Origin: the human T2T-CHM13v2.0 reference genome, Homo sapiens
NCBI RefSeq assembly: GCF_009914755.1
Contig: NC_060935.1
DNA: 64,000 nucleotides
Reading direction: 5' to 3' (one strand)
Below, piece after piece: positions 12,201 to 34,600 of this stretch; positions within the stretch are counted from its first letter, which is position 1; the number at the start of each line of letters is the position of its first letter. The notes beneath the pieces were generated by a model. That model saw only the letters and a program-made list of their open reading frames with translations. It ran no database searches and was not told the DNA's origin. The translations under genes and the position numbers were made by a program.

Positions 12201-14726
12201 GCACTAAACCTTGCAGCAAGTATTGTGTGAAAAAATAACAGAATTGTTTATAGACTACATTATTCTCTTGTATTCTTCAGCGCATGTGTCTCTATCGGTC
12301 TATAGCTTCAACAATGCCAGAACTCTGGAATCAGTTGGAAGTGGTAATGTGAATGAGACATGTGGAATGTGCATCACAGCTGGCTTCTAGAAACAGCTCA
12401 AATTCTCTCTGCGCACGTCCTCTTCCACTGCCAGATTTATTTAAATAGAATAATCCTGTTTAAATTTGAGGTTTAGTAATTCTGCAGTTTTCCTCAGCAG
12501 TGCTTAATCAGAAAGTCTGGGTTTGTATCTCTACTTGTCCCACTCTTCTCTCTGATTTAAGTTTGTCCTTAACCATCATATCTAGAGACTTAGAGAAACA
12601 ATGTGTTCTTTTTTTCTTTTGAATTTTCGTTTCTTTTTTTTTTTTAAAACTAGGATTATCTGTGTTTTTTAAGGCTACCTCCAAAAGCCTCCAGAGTCAC
12701 CCCAGGGACCCACAGGAAGTTGCACTTTCAGTATTTCCTCACGAAAAGGAAACTTTCTGAAGAAGATTTTAAAGGAATACCAGCCTCAGTTAAGTATATT
12801 ATTAATCTTCTTATTGCTTGCAAAAACTCATTTATTAACTACAATTTCTCCTTTTGCCATTTTATCCTCCTTTTCATTTCCTGAGCTCTTTCTGATGGTG
12901 GGTCCAACCTTTTCACTATAATTCTGCTTGCTTCTCATCAAGATGCATTCAACCACAGGTAAAATTACTACTCATAAAATTGTATCATTATTTTCTAAGA
13001 CATACAATTATATTATGTGCCCCCAAAAGGTTTTCCTGAATTATACGTATCTTATCCTTCTTTTTTCCTGGACTATGTCTATAAATCTTTTCACGTTGAC
13101 AAAGATCTGCATGATTTGTTCTGATTTTATGTTCCCAGTGAAGCATTCAAGAATACTAATTATAGCTATCATTTATTGAGTCTATACCAGGTACCAGCCA
13201 GTATTCTAGGCACTTCACTTTGTTTTAATAAAACAACAACTCTAAGAGGTAAGGACTATTGAGATCTCCATTGTAAAAGTGATGCAACTAAGGGATAGAG
13301 AGCTTTAGTAAATGGCCCAAAGTCTCATAAAAAGTGGTGAACCTGCAGTTTTAGCTGAAGCAGTGTGGCTTTAGTGTCCACATTATTCACCACATGCTAC
13401 ACTTTCTCTTCAAGGTTGCCTTGGATCTTAAATAGGTACATACTGAGTGAGAAACTTACAGTCACTATTTACTCACTGTAATCATGAAACCCCATGTCCC
13501 ACTGACTACCATTTTTCATGTAAGAGTCATGAGCTTGGAAATTTTTATTTAATTATAAATTTATAAAAAATGAAAAAAAATCATCACAAGAATACCATAA
13601 AGGAGAGGTGCACTAATGGTTTTGTAGATAGTTGACTAGGAAGGATTCTGAATTTCTCAAATTTAATCCCATTGTTTTAAAGTGAGCAAACTGAGAGACC
13701 TGGAAATACAATCAAAAAATGACTTGAATCCAAGCCTTCTTACACTGAACTTGGAACTTCTCCTAGAGTATGCTCCTTTTTGGAATCTGAACACTCAGGT
13801 TCTGTTTTTGAGTACTCTTGGTATCTAAATACTGTTATGAATAAAACCATGTCCCACTGTTCTGTACCTCTTTCTATAGTGTCTATTTTCTCATCTTTTA
13901 GTATTTAGCTCATCCCAAGAATTCACAGAAAAGTACTCACTGCTTCTTTGGTAGTTGGTGATACTCACGAGTTAGTTTACTTGATTTCAATAATATAAAT
14001 TGCTGAAAATTTGGATATTGAATGTAAGTGTAGTAAAAATTAGGGTATAGGCAAGGTTAAAATAGAGAGAATCACAGCTCCTTATAAGGTGGACAGAGAG
14101 TTAGACCAAGTAATTGCTACAAGGTACAATGTAATAAATAATATCATAGCTATTTATACAGTTTAGAGTCCTGCCTTTTGGCATTTAATGAAAGGCTACT
14201 GAAGACTGAACATACTTTGAGGCATGAAGGAATGAAGTCTAACAGTAGAAGGCCGGTGTAGTGAGTGAGATATTTCAGAAGATGTTATTCTCGGTGCCAC
14301 ACAGATCATATTATAAAGATACCACAAGTACAAACACAAAGGACCAAATCAGTTAGTTTACTTATTTAGAGTTTATTACCACCACCAGAGAGTAAGTTTC
14401 TAGAGACCAAGAACCTATTGCCTATTCATCATAGCTGACTTCTGTGCCAAGAAAAATTATTTAATAAGAAATTATGAAATGTATGAATGGCTGTTGGGAC
14501 TTTAACACTTCTTCTGTATAGAATATTCATTAAAGTTAGAGGTGGAAGCCTTTAACTGTGGCTGAAACTAAAATCTTTGAGGAGAAATAGAATTGTCAAG
14601 GGAAGATGGCCTCTTTGATGAGGAACTCAACAGAGACTTACTAAATGTTTATTGTGTGTAAATCTCTATTCAGGATACAACAATGAAGATGTGCTCTGTG
14701 ACACAATGTATGTAATCATATTCCTG

Positions 14727-14744
14727 TTCACTATTTTGTTACAG
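14727..14744 (+). promoter_or_regulatory. Probable 3' splice acceptor of the OR coding exon
   Basis: ttcactattttgttacag ends 51 nt before the ATG; identical spacing in all three OR copies. Confidence 0.65.
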
Positions 14745-14795
14745 GACCTTTTCTCCTGAGCTCTTACCTCTGATAGAAGACAGAAAGAAGAGTAA

Positions 14796-15741
14796 ATGAG
14801 ACAGAATAACAGTAGTACAGAATTTGTTCTCCTGGGCTTTTCTCAGGATCCTGATGTGCAAAATGCGCTATTTGTCATGTTTTTACTGACATACATTGTG
14901 ACAATGGTGGGGAACCTACTCATTGTGGTGACTATTATTGCCAGCCCTTCCTTGGGCTCCCCAATGTACTTTTTCCTTGCCCACCTGTCATTTATAGATG
15001 CTGTGTATTCCACCACCATTTCTCCTGTATTGATTGTAGACTTACTCTGTGATAAAAAGACGATTTCCTTCTGAGCTTGCATGGGACAACTGTTTATAGA
15101 CCACTTATTTGGTGGTTCTGAGGTCTTCCTTCTGGTGGTGATGGCCTGTGATCGCTGTGTGGCCATCTGTAAGCCACTGCACTATTTGACCATCATGAAT
15201 CGACAGGTTTGCATTCTTCTCTTGGTGTTGGCTGTGACTGGAGGTTTTGTGCATCCTGTATTTCAAGTTGTTGTTGTGTACAGTCTCCCTTTCTGTGGCC
15301 CCAATGTCATTGACCACTTTTTCTGTGACATATACCCTTTATTTGGAACTGGCATGCACTGACACCTACTTTATAGGCCTCACTGTGGTTTTCAATGGTG
15401 GAGCAATGCGTATGGTCATCCTCACCCTTCTACTAGTCTTCTATGGAGTCATCCTAAACTCCCTTAAAACTTACAGTCAGGAAGGGAGGCATAAAGCCCT
15501 GTCTACCTGCAGCTCCCATGTTACCGTGGTTATCTTGTTTTTTGCTTCCTGTATTTTCATATATGTTAGACCTGTTTCAAATTTTCTGTTGATAAATTCA
15601 TGACTGTGTTTTATACGGTTATCACACCCATGTTGAATCCTTTTATATGCATGTTGAGAAATTCAGAGATGAGAAATGCTATAGAAAAACTCCTGTGTAA
15701 AATGAACTGTAGTTAGAATAAGAGTGTTCCTTCCCACGTAG
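14796..15741 (+). pseudogene. OR4A11P: Olfactory receptor family 4A pseudogene (probably OR4A11P)
   Basis: OR motifs [32 protein letters not shown] and KALSTCSSH are spread over frames; premature TGA at 15072-15074; frameshifts near 15340 and 15585. Symbol is from recalled gene order upstream of OR4A16. Confidence 0.8.
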
Positions 15742-16699
15742 ATAAGGATGTATGTAGACAAGGTCTTCACAGTGAAATTTTTAACCTTTATATGTAGAGT
15801 GAGAGTGGGTAGGGCAGCTTGGGTGCAGATCGTATTGTGCATGTTTTAAATTATGGTTTTTCTCTATTACACATCTTTTGAGACACGGTGTTTCTTCCAT
15901 ATGCCTAGCACAGAATGGAGAAAGGGAGAAATAAGTAATTAAAATAGATGCTCCTGTTCAAAAGGGGAGGCTATGGTGCTTCCTTCAGTGTAATTTATTT
16001 AAAGACTTTTTAGAATATACAAGCACCATATTCACAAATATATTTGAAACTGGCCCTTCTCAGACTTGAGCCGAAACTCTATGTGGAGTCAGAAAATACC
16101 CTTAAGAATCTTAGAATTATGTTTGTCTAGTTTAAAGTACGTATGAGACACACCATTAAATTTTTCTGAAGTCTTTTCAATGTGTCTTAACATCCACAAG
16201 TTTGAAATGACTTTTAATTTTATGACCTTTCTTACTTTTAGAGTACTTAACTCTTTGCAGAGACTGGAAAGGGAAACCATTTTTATCTTTGAAACAAGCA
16301 AGTTCTGGCTCTTTTATGTTTCTTGTAATTCTGTCTGAAAATGTAACAGTTAATCTTTTAAGTAATTCCTTTTTAAAAAAATCCATGACCTATTATAAGA
16401 TACAATGCTATAAGAAACAGCCGTGACTTTCAATATTCTATTTGGAAATTTTAGCCAAATCCACCTATTCACTTAAGTAGGTTTTTTATTTTCTACCTTA
16501 CTACAGGGGACAGAATTACTAATTTTTTTTTGGCACTAGATAGAGACTCACTTTTTTCACAGCCTCTAGAACAGTTATGTCTGTATTTTCAGCCTTTACT
16601 TACAATATCCTGGAGTCCCCCTATTTTGAGGTACTAAAGCCAATTTCACACACTTCAAATTGTTGTTATGTAAGCACCACACTCTGAGGTGCCACTTTT

Positions 16700-17200
16700 T
16701 ATTCTGGTGCTGTATTTATGTATGGTGCAGGGCTCCACAGTTTTTGTTATTTCAAACAACCATCATTTTGTTTTGTTTCAAAATTTTGTGAGTCAGGAAT
16801 TCAGGCAGTTGTTGGGTATGTATATCTTCTGTTTTGTGTGGCAAGGACTGAAGTCACTGTTTTATTCAGCTGATAACTGAGTTTTATGTAAATGCACGAT
16901 AACTTAATTCACATTGATATAATATTGGAAGGGATGACAGTAAGAGATGCACTGGGTCCCTCTTCCTATCCCTTTAGATGAAGGACCACAAGATCACTCC
17001 AGAGAATAGTCAAGCTTTTTACATGGTGCTCAGAGATCCCAGCAGTAGAAAGTAGATGGGTCTAGCCAGTTTAAGGGCTAGGCACAATGTCACTTGTAAC
17101 ATATTCTATTTCTCATAGTCATCACATGACCACCCTAGATTTGAGGTTTTACAGAAATAGGTGATAATACTTGATGGGGAAGTGTCAAATCACTTTGAAG
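16700..17200. mobile_element. Old MLT1-like LTR (paralogous copy at about 24080-24590)
   Basis: tgtgagtcaggaattcaggcag...ttacatggtgctcag...cacatgaccaccctagattt resembles degenerate MLT1; present in both duplication units. Confidence 0.45.
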
Positions 17201-17683
17201 AGCAGCATGCAGAACAGTTGTCTGCATCTCAAAAAGAGCATATTGGAGTTTTATTCATTTTAAGCTGGATCCATAAATCATCTTGTACTAAGGATATCTT
17301 AGCAACATTGGGTTTTCTAATTCTTGAATACAGTATATCTGTTAGGTATTTTAAATGTTTATTTTTTAGGAGTTTTGTAGTTTTTATTCATGTAAGGATC
17401 TTCCTTATCTATTCCTAAGTGTTTATGTTTTCAGATTTCATCACAGATTTTTAATTTTAAAAAAAATTCTGTCATTGTTGCTAGTATATATAAAATAAAT
17501 TGAATTTTTTATTTGACAGTTGAGTCCTATCAACTTGCTAAATTTACTTCTTATTCCTACAAAGTTATTCTGTAGGGTTTTCTGAAACACTATCATGTTG
17601 TTTACAAGCAAGGATAGCTCATTGCTTGGAAAGAGAAGGGGTGTTTCCGTTTCTTTTTGTGTCATTTTTAGAAGGTTGTTCTT

Positions 17684-19132
<1,449 letters not shown>

Positions 19133-19704
19133 AGAAGGTTGTTCTTTCCCTACATTTTACCTAATTCATCTAAGCTGTCAAATTAATTGAAATAATGTAT
19201 TTCATAAGAATCCTTTTCTAACCTTTTAAGTCTAAAGGATCTATGGTGCTGATTGTTTGTTTTATGATTTCTGATATTGGTAATTTGAATTTCTCTTTCT
19301 TTTCTTTTGATCACACTTGCTAGCAATTTATCAATTTCATTATAAAAGTACCAATGTTTGGCTATTTTGATTTTATCTATTTTATTTTTTCCATTTTCTT
19401 GGTTTTCATCTTATATTTATGTCCTTTCATTTACTTGTCTTGGTTTTTGTTTACTCTTGTTGTTCTATCTTAATGTGAAGGCTCAGGTGGCTGCTTTTAA
19501 ACATTTATTTTAAATGTAGGCTTTTATAGCCATACATGTTTCTTTAAGTACTTTTTTGATCACACCTCACCCATTTTGATATGTTTTTGTTATTGCTGAT
19601 TTCTAAATATTTGCTTATTTCCATTATACTTTTTTCTTTGATTCATACTTTCACTAAATGTTTTTTGGCATGATTACCAATATTTGAAGCACATTCTAGA
19701 TAGT

Positions 19705-19915
19705 TATGAGTTATTTATTTATACATAGGAAATTATTTTAAAACTTAGTGATTTCAACAATATGTACTCATTCTCAATTTCTGTTGTTCAGGAAATTAAG
19801 GATGGTTTAGCAGGTTCCCGTGCTTCAGAGTCTGTCACAAAGCTGTAATCAAGGTGCTGGTTGGGGCTACCATCTCGTATGAAAGCTTGACTGAGGACAG
19901 ATCCACTTCCACACT
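19705..19915. mobile_element. MLT1-like LTR fragment
   Basis: aacttagtgatttcaac...ttctgttgttcaggaa...aatcaaggtgctggttggggct...gcttgactgagg. Confidence 0.5.
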
Positions 19916-20129
19916 GGTATTAAGAAATAAGTCCTATTTTTATATTAGTGCTTTATCTTGGAATCTTGGAATCATAATTTAAATCTCAGTGTCCTTGATC
20001 ATATCTGATAGTTCTTCAGAATTAAACATATGTTCATGCATGTTTTAACACCTAGTATAAGACAGCACAGCACTTGTAGACATGATCTTTGAATTATTGT
20101 ATTTACTCTGTTTTCTGATTTAGTCCCTT

Positions 20130-23100
20130 TTTCTTTCATTTTTTGCCATTTAGTTCTCTCTCTAATGATGGGTCCAATTTTTCTGTTGTAATTATGTCTG
20201 ATCTTGTCAAGATACATTCCATCACAGATAAAATCACTACTCATATGTAGTTAAATGGAAAATTCCTAAGACATACAATTATATTGTGTCCCCAAAAGCC
20301 TTTTCTGAATTATATGTATCTTCTTTTCTTTCTCTGGACTATGTCTGTAAATCTTTTCAAATTGACACAGATCCAGATGATTTGTTTTGATCCAATGTTC
20401 CCAGTGAAGCATTCAGGAACACAAGTAATAGCTATCTTTTACTGGGCCTTTACCAGGTGTCAGCCAGTGTTCTAGGCACTTTACTGTTTTGTAATAAAAT
20501 AACTGGAGATTTTAAATGAAAATGAGTCATAGAGAAGTTTAGTAAGTGGCCCAAAGTCACACAGTAAGTGGTGAAGCTAGGGTTGTAGCTGAGGTATTGT
20601 GGCTCCAATGTCCACATTATTCACCAAATGCTATGCTTTCTCTCCAAGGATATCTTGGATAAATAGGCACAAATTGAGTGGGAAACTTGTAGTCATAATT
20701 TACTCACTCTAATTATGAAACATCTACCACTGACTGTCATTATTCATGTAATAGCCATGAGCTTGGAAATTGCTATTTAATTATAATATAAGAAAAATGA
20801 AAAAAAGTCAGCAGAATAGAATAAGGGAGAGGTGCACTAATAGTTTTGTAGATGATTGACTGGAAAGGATTCTCAGTTCATCTAATTTAATCACATTGTT
20901 TTCCAGTGAGAAAATGAAGACAGACTTGTAAATGCATTCAGAAAATGACTCACATTCATGTCATCTTACAGTGAAGTTCAAATTTCTCTTTGAGGTTTTT
21001 TTTTTTTTTTGGGATACGAACACTAAGTTTCTATTTTTGAGTACTCTCTGTATCTAAATAATGTTAAAAATAAAACCATGTCCCACTGTTCTGTACCTCT
21101 TTGTACAGTGTCTATTTTCTTTTCTCTCACTATCTAGTTCACCCCAAGAATTCAGAAAAAAATAATCACAGCTAATGTGGCAGTTGGTGATAGTCATCAG
21201 TTAGTTTTCTTGAGTTCAAAATTAGTTGGTGAAAATCAGGATACTGTATGTGTATATGATACAAAATTGTGGAATAGGCAAGAATAAGATGCAGAGATGT
21301 GCAGATCCTTACAAGGCAAACAGAGGGTCAGACCAAGTAATCACTACAGGGAATAATGTGATAAATAATATTTTACTATTTATACAGATTAATGTCTAGT
21401 CTCTTAACATTTAATGAGATAGTCATAAAGACTGAACATCTTTCGAGGCATGAAGGTCCGAATGTGTAACTGTGGAATGCCACAGTACTGATTGAGATAT
21501 TTCAGAAGGTGCTATTTTTGATGCTACACAGATCATAAAGATACCACAACACTACAAACTCAAAGCACTGAATATATGCCAATTTATTTATTTAGAGTTT
21601 ATTACCACCACAGGAAAGTAACTTTCTTGAGACCAATAATCTGTTGTCTATTCATCATAGCTGACTTCTGTGCCAAGAAATATGTTTTAAATAAGGAGTT
21701 ATGAAATACATGAATGGCTGTTGGGCCTTTAACTCTTCTTCTGTACAGAATATTCACTAAAACTTAGAGGCAGAAGCTGTTACCTGTAGGCTCAAACTAA
21801 AATCTTGAGGACATGAGGAACTCAATAGAGACTTAACAAAATGTTTATCATGTGTGTAAACCACTATTGAGGATACAAAGTGAAGATGTGCTCTGTGACA
21901 TCATGGATGTATTCGTATTCCTGTTCATGATTTCATTACAGGTCCTGTTCTCCCAAGTTCTTTACTCTGATACAAGCCTTAGAGAAAAGTAAATGGGACT
22001 GAGTAACAATGTTACAGAACTTTTCCTCCTGGGCCTCACTCAGGATCTCGATGTGCAAAATGCATTATTTGTCATGTTTTTACTAACATACATTGTGACT
22101 ATGGTGGGGAACCTGCTCATTGTGGTGACTATTATTGCCACCCCATCCTTGGGCTCCCCAATGTACTTTTTCCTTGCCTGCCTGTCATTTATAGATGCTG
22201 TGTATTCCACCACCATTTATCCCAAATTGGTTGTAGACTAACTCCATAATTAAAAGACTATTTTGTTCCCAACTTGCATGGGCCAGCCACTTACAGACCA
22301 CTTATTTGGTGGTGTTGAGGTCTTTTTTTCTGTTGGTGATGGCCTGTGATCGCTATGTGGCCATCTGTAAGCCACTGCACTATTTGACCATCATGAATCG
22401 ACAGGTTTTCATCCTTCTGTTGGTAGTGGCTGTGACTGGAGTTTTGTGCGTTCTGTGTTCCAAATTGTTGTTGTGTACAGTCTCCCTTTCTGTGGTTCCA
22501 ATGTCATTGACCACTTTTTCTGTAACATGTACCCATTAATGGAAATGGCATGAACTGACACCTACTTTATAGGCCTCACTGTGGTTTTCAAGGTTGAAGC
22601 AATCTGTGTGGTCATCTTCACCCTTCTACTAATCTCCTCTGGCGTCATCCTAATCTCCCTTAAAACTTACAGTCAGGAAGGGAGGCATAAAGCCCTGTTT
22701 ACCTGCAGCTCCCGCATTACTGTAGTTGTCCTCTTTTTTGTTCCCTGTATTTTCATGTATGTTAGACCTGTTTTTAACTTCCCCATTGATAAATTTATTA
22801 TTGTGTTTTATACAGTTATCACACCCATGCTGAATCCTTTAATATACATGTTGAGAAATTCATAGACGAGAAATGCTATAGAAAACCCCTAGTGTAAAAA
22901 ATTAACTGTAGATAGAATAAGAGTGTACATCTTCATGTAGCTACAGGGTTGTGTAGACAAGGTCTTTCCAGAAAGGTTGTCAGACTTGTAATGGCAATTC
23001 AGGGATCCTAGATTGGGAAAGCAGGATTTATGAGCTCCCAGCTCAGTTAACTTGTCCCATCGTGGCCTCAATTTGACATCCAGTATTTCAAATTATATAT

Positions 23101-25495
23101 CCAGAGTGAGTATAGACAAAGCCCTTTTGGTACAATTTCTGAGGTAGGGCCTTTACTTTTGGTTCTTCTCTATTTTCAGATCTATAAACTAGAGACAGGG
23201 TTTTTCTTTCTCATTCTAGCATACAATGGAGGAAGAGATGAGAAGATAAACATAGACACTCTTGTTCAGAAGAAAAGACTAAAGTGCTTCCTTCAATGCA
23301 ATTTCCGTAAAAACTTTGTAACATTTCTGTGTTATTTTTATTGGCATTTACAACATTATACAAGGGTCATACTCACAAACATCTTTGCAACGGACTATTC
23401 TTGGGTTTGAGCTGAGAGTCTGTGTGTGTGCAGCGGGATAATTCCCATAGGAGTATTGAATTATTTTTGTTTAATTGGTAGGTTTTATGAGACACATTTT
23501 AAAATCTTTCTGAAGTTTTCTCAAAGAATCTTCCATTGACAACTTTGAGATAACCTTTTTTCTGCCACTCAAAGCATGTGGCATTGGCTTTAATATTAGA
23601 AGCTAGGTGACATTACTTACATTGAGAGTCTTTAGATCTTTGGAGAGACTGGAAAGGGAAACCAGTTTTATTTTTGAAACCAGCAAGTTTGGGCTGCTTT
23701 ATTTTTCTTGTAAGTTCTGCCTGAAAATTCAAGCTACTCTTTTAACTCATATTTTTATTTATGTCTTATCATATCTTACACTGTTATAAGAAACAGGTTG
23801 AACTTTCAATACTGCACTTGAAAATTTTAGCTGGATCCACCTGTTCATTTAAGTATACTTTCTGTTTTCTGCATTACTATAGATGGGAGTATTACCAAAC
23901 TTTTCTGGCACTAGATAAGGAGTCACATTTTTTCCCCCAGTTACTTCTGTCTTTTCAGCCATCAGTTACACTGTCCAGGAGATCATTCTAAGTGTCATCT
24001 AGCTTCTGGTATTAAAGCCTGTGCCACATGCTTTATATTGTTGTTATGGAAGCACCACACTTAACAGGTGCCACTTTTATTCTGGTTATCTCTTCCTGCA
24101 TTGTACAAGGCTCCACAGTTTTTGTGACTTAATCACCAATTTATTTTACTTTAAAATTTTGTGGGCTAGAAATTCAGGCACTGGTTCACTGGGTATTTCT
24201 TCTGTTTCATGTGACATGGACTGAAGTCAGTGTTGTTCAGCTGATAGCTGGATCATCTGTAGGATCCAGGAAAGCTTACTTCACATTTATAGCATCTTTG
24301 AGGTGATGACTGGAAGAGATCCACTGAGTCCTTCCTCCTATGCATTTTGATGGAGGACCACAAGATCTCTTCAAAAGATAGTCAGGCTTTTTACGTGGCA
24401 CTAAGAGATCCCCATGGTAGAAAGTAGAAGACCTCAGGCCAATTAAGGGCTATGTCCAGAACTGGCACAATCTCTCTTGCACCATCTTCTATATTTCAGA
24501 GTGGTCACATGACCATCCCAGATTTGAAATGTTACAGAAACAGACGATAATCCTTGATGGGGAAGTGGCAAAGTCACTTTGCAGAGCAGTGTGCAGAAAA
24601 TTGTCTACATCTGAAAAAGAACATATTGGGAGTTTTATTCAGATTGAGTTGGATCTATAAATCATCTTGGACTGAATTAACATCTTAACAATAGTGGCTT
24701 TTCTAATTCTTGAATGCCATATATCTATTATGTGTTTTAAATATTTATGTTTGAAAAGTTTTGTAGTTATAGTATAGGGATCTTACTCATCTGTTCCTAA
24801 GTATTTATGTGTTCAGATGCTTTCACAGGTTGTAATTAAAAAAATTTTCAATTGTTATTGCTGTTAGTGTATATAAATGCAATTGAATTTTTTCATTTGT
24901 CATTTGAGTCTTATAAATGTGCTAAATTTGTCACTTATTTCCAGCCATCTCTGTAGATTCTTTAGAGTGTTCTGAGATACTATCATATTATCTATAAACA
25001 AGAATAGTTCATTACTTAGAGGGATAGAGGAGCTTTTAGCTTTTCAATTTGTTTTGGGGGTCATTTTCAGAAGGTTGGATTTTCCCTACATTTTACCATT
25101 TTATCTAAGCTGTCGAAGTAATTAAACTAATCTTTTTGATAACAATCCTTTTCTATCCCTTTAAAGTCTAAAGGATCTATTTGAAGATGATTTTAAAAAA
25201 TCTGATATTGATAATTTGAATTTCTATTTCTTTTCTCTTTCTTGATCATTCTTGCTGGAAGTTTGTCAATTTTATTATAAAAGTACCAACTTTTCACTAT
25301 TTTGATTTTCTCTATTTTATGTTTCCCATTTTATTGATTTTTCATCTTATAATTATCACCTCCTTTCTTTTACGTACCTTGGCTTTAATTTACTCTTCTC
25401 AAAGTGAAAGTTCTGATTGGTGCTTTTAAATATTTTTAATATAACACTTACAGCTATAAATTTCCCTCTCAGTACTATTTTAATTACATGTGCCA
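20130..25495 (+). repeat. Tandem duplication unit 2 (second OR4A pseudogene plus flanks)
   Basis: Collinear diverged copy of unit 1 lacking the 1.45-kb L1; homology ends at the tail of the full-length L1. Confidence 0.9.
21993..22940 (+). pseudogene. OR4A12P: Olfactory receptor family 4A pseudogene (probably OR4A12P)
   Basis: [14 protein letters not shown]...PMYFFL; stop TAA at 22239; [15 protein letters not shown] in a shifted frame; TGA near 22551; [13 protein letters not shown] followed by TAG at 22863. Symbol is from recalled gene order. Confidence 0.8.
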
Positions 25496-25508
25496 AATCT
25501 TTTGGTTA

Positions 25509-31676
<6,168 letters not shown>

Positions 31677-34600
31677 TTGAATACCCTTTATTTCTATCTC
31701 TTGCCTGATTACCCTGGCCAGAACTTCCAACACTATGTTGAATAGGAGTGGTGAGAGAGGGCATCCTAGTCTTGTGCCAGTTTTCAAAGGGAATGCTTCC
31801 AGTTTTTGCCCCTTTAGTATGATATTGGCTGTGGGTTTGTCATAAAGAGCTCTTATTATTTGGAGATACATTCCATCAATACCTAGTTTACTGAGGATTT
31901 TTAGCATGAAGGGCCATTGAATTTTGTTGAAGGCCTTTTCTGCATATATTCAGATAATTATTTGGTTTTGGTCAATGGTTCTGTTTATGTGATGGACTAC
32001 GTTTATTGATTTGTGTATGTTGAATGGGCCTTGCATCCCAGGGATGAAGCTGACTTGATCATGGTGGATAAGCTTTTTGATGTGCTGCTGGATTCAGTTT
32101 GCCAGTATTTTATTAAGGATTTTTGCGTCGAAGTTCATCAGGGATATTGGTGCAAAATTCTCTTTTTTTGTTGTGTCTCTGCCAGGCTTTGGTATCAGGA
32201 TGATGCTGGCCTCATAAAATGAGTTAGGGAGCATTCCCTCTTTTTCTATTGATTGGAATGGTATCAGAGAGAATAGTTCCAGCTCCTCTTTGTACCTCTG
32301 GTAGAATTTGGCTGTGAATCTGTCTGGTCCTGGAGTTTTTTTGGTTGGTAGGCTATTAATTATTGCCTCAATTTCAGAGCCTGTTATTGGTGTAATGGTT
32401 TATTCAGAGATTTAATTTCTGCCTGGTTTAGTCTTGGGAGGGTGTATGTATCCAGGAATTCATTCATTTCTTTTAGATTTTCTAGTTTATTTGTGTAGAG
32501 AAATTTATAGAATTCTCTGATGGTAGTTTGTATTTCTGTGGGATTGACGGTGATATCCTCTTTATCATTTTTTATTGCTTCTATTTCATTCTTCTGTATT
32601 TTCTTCTTTATTAGTCTTGCTAGTGGTCTATCGATTTTGCTGATCTTTTCAAAAAACCAGCTGCTGGATTCACTGATTTTTTGAAGGGTTTTTTTTGGGT
32701 CTCTATGTCCTTCAGTTCTCCTCTGATGTTAGTTGTTTCTTGCCTTTTGTCAGCTTTTGAATGTGTTTGCTCTTGCTTCTCTAGTTCTTTTAATTGCGAT
32801 GTTAGGGTGTCAATTTTAGATCTTTCCTGCTTTCTCTTGTGGGCATTTAGTGCTACAAAATTCTCTCTACAGACTGCTTTAAATGTGTCCCAGAGATTCT
32901 GGTACATTGTGTCTTTTTCTCATTGGTTTCAAAGAACATCTTTATTTTGCCTTCATTTCATTATTTACCCAGTAATCATTCAGGAGCAGGTTGTTCAGTT
33001 TCCATGAAGTTGTGCGGTTTTGAGTGAGTTTCCTAATGCTGACTTCTACTTTGGTTGCACTGTAGTCTGAGAGACAGTTTGCTGTGATTTCTATTCTTTT
33101 ACATTTGTTGAGGAGTGCTTTACTTCCAACTATGTGGTCAATTTTGGAATAAGTGTGATGTGGTGCTGAGAAGAATGTATATTCTGTTGATTTGGGGTGG
33201 AGAGTTCTGTAGGTGTCTATTAGGTCCGCGTGGTGCAGAGGTGAGTTCAAGTCCTGGATATCCTTGTTAACCTCCTGTCTCGTTGATCTGTCTAATATTG
33301 ACAGTGGGGTGTTAAATTCTCCCACTATTATTGTGTGGGAGTCTAAGTCTCTTTGTAGGTCTCTAAGGACTTGCTTTATGAATCCGGATGCTCCTGTATT
33401 GGGTGCATGTATATTTAGGATAGTTAGCTCTTCTTGTTGAATTGATCCCTTTACCATTATGTAATGGCTTTCTTTGTTTCTCTTGATCTTTGTTGGTTTA
33501 AAGTCTGTTTTATCAGAGACTAGGATTGCAACACCTGCCTTTTTTTGTTTTCCATTTGCTTGGTAGATCTTCCTCCATCCCTTTATTTTGAACCTATGTG
33601 TGTCTCTGCATGTGAGATGGGTCTCCTGAACACAGGACATTGATGGATCTTGACTCTTTATCCAATTTCCCAGTCTGTGTCTTTGAATTGGGTATTTAGC
33701 CCATTTACCTTTAAGGTAATATTGTTATGTGTGAATGTGATCCTGTCATTATGATGTTAGCTGGTTATTTTGCTTGTTAGTTAATGTAGTTTCTTCCTCA
33801 CATTGATGGTCTTTACAATTTGGCATGTTTTTGCAGTGGCTGGTACCAGTTGTTCCTTTCCATGTTTAGTGCTTCCTTCAGGAGCTCTTGTAAGGGAGGC
33901 CTGGTGGTGAAAAATATCTCTCAGCATTTGCTTGTCTGTGAAGGATTTTATTTCTCCTTCACTGATGAAGCTTAGTTTGGCTGGATATGAATTTCTGGGT
34001 TGAAAATTCTTTTCTTTAAGAATGTTGAATATTGGCCCCCACTCTCTTCTGGCTCATAGGACTTCTGCGAAGAGATCCACTGTTAGTCTGATTGGCTTCC
34101 CTTTGTGGATAACCCGACCTTTCTCTCTGGCTTCCCTTAAATTTTTTCCTTCTCTTCAACCTTGGTGAATCTGACAATTATGTGTCTTGGGGTTGCTCTT
34201 CTTGAGGAGTATCTTTGTGGTGTTCTCTGTATTTCCTGAATTTGAATGTTGGTCTGCCTTGCTAGGTTGGTGAAGTTCTCTGGGATAATATCCTGCAGAG
34301 TGATTTCCAACTTGTTTCTGTTCTCCCTGTCACTTTTAGGTACACCAAACAAACGTAGATTTGGTCTTTTCACATAGTCCCATATTTCTTGGAGGCTTTG
34401 TTCGTTTCTTTTCACATTGTTTTCTCTAAACTTCTCTTCTCGCTTCATTTCATTAATTTGATCTTCAATCACTGATACCCTTTCTTCCACTTGATCGCAT
34501 TGGCTATTGAAGTTTGTGCATGCATCACGTAGTTCTCGTGCCATGGTTTTCAGCTCCATCAGGTCATTTAAGGTCTTATCTACACTGTTTATTCTAGTTA

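Noticed and set aside
12699-12708. O/E-like site ACCCCAGGGA about 2.1 kb upstream of the first OR pseudogene
   Set aside because: Single imperfect match lying outside the region shared by the paralogs; not enough to call a promoter.
14843-15317. Antisense ORFs over the OR pseudogene (also 39270-39485 and 40254-40439)
   Set aside because: Shadow frames of OR coding sequence with no independent homology.
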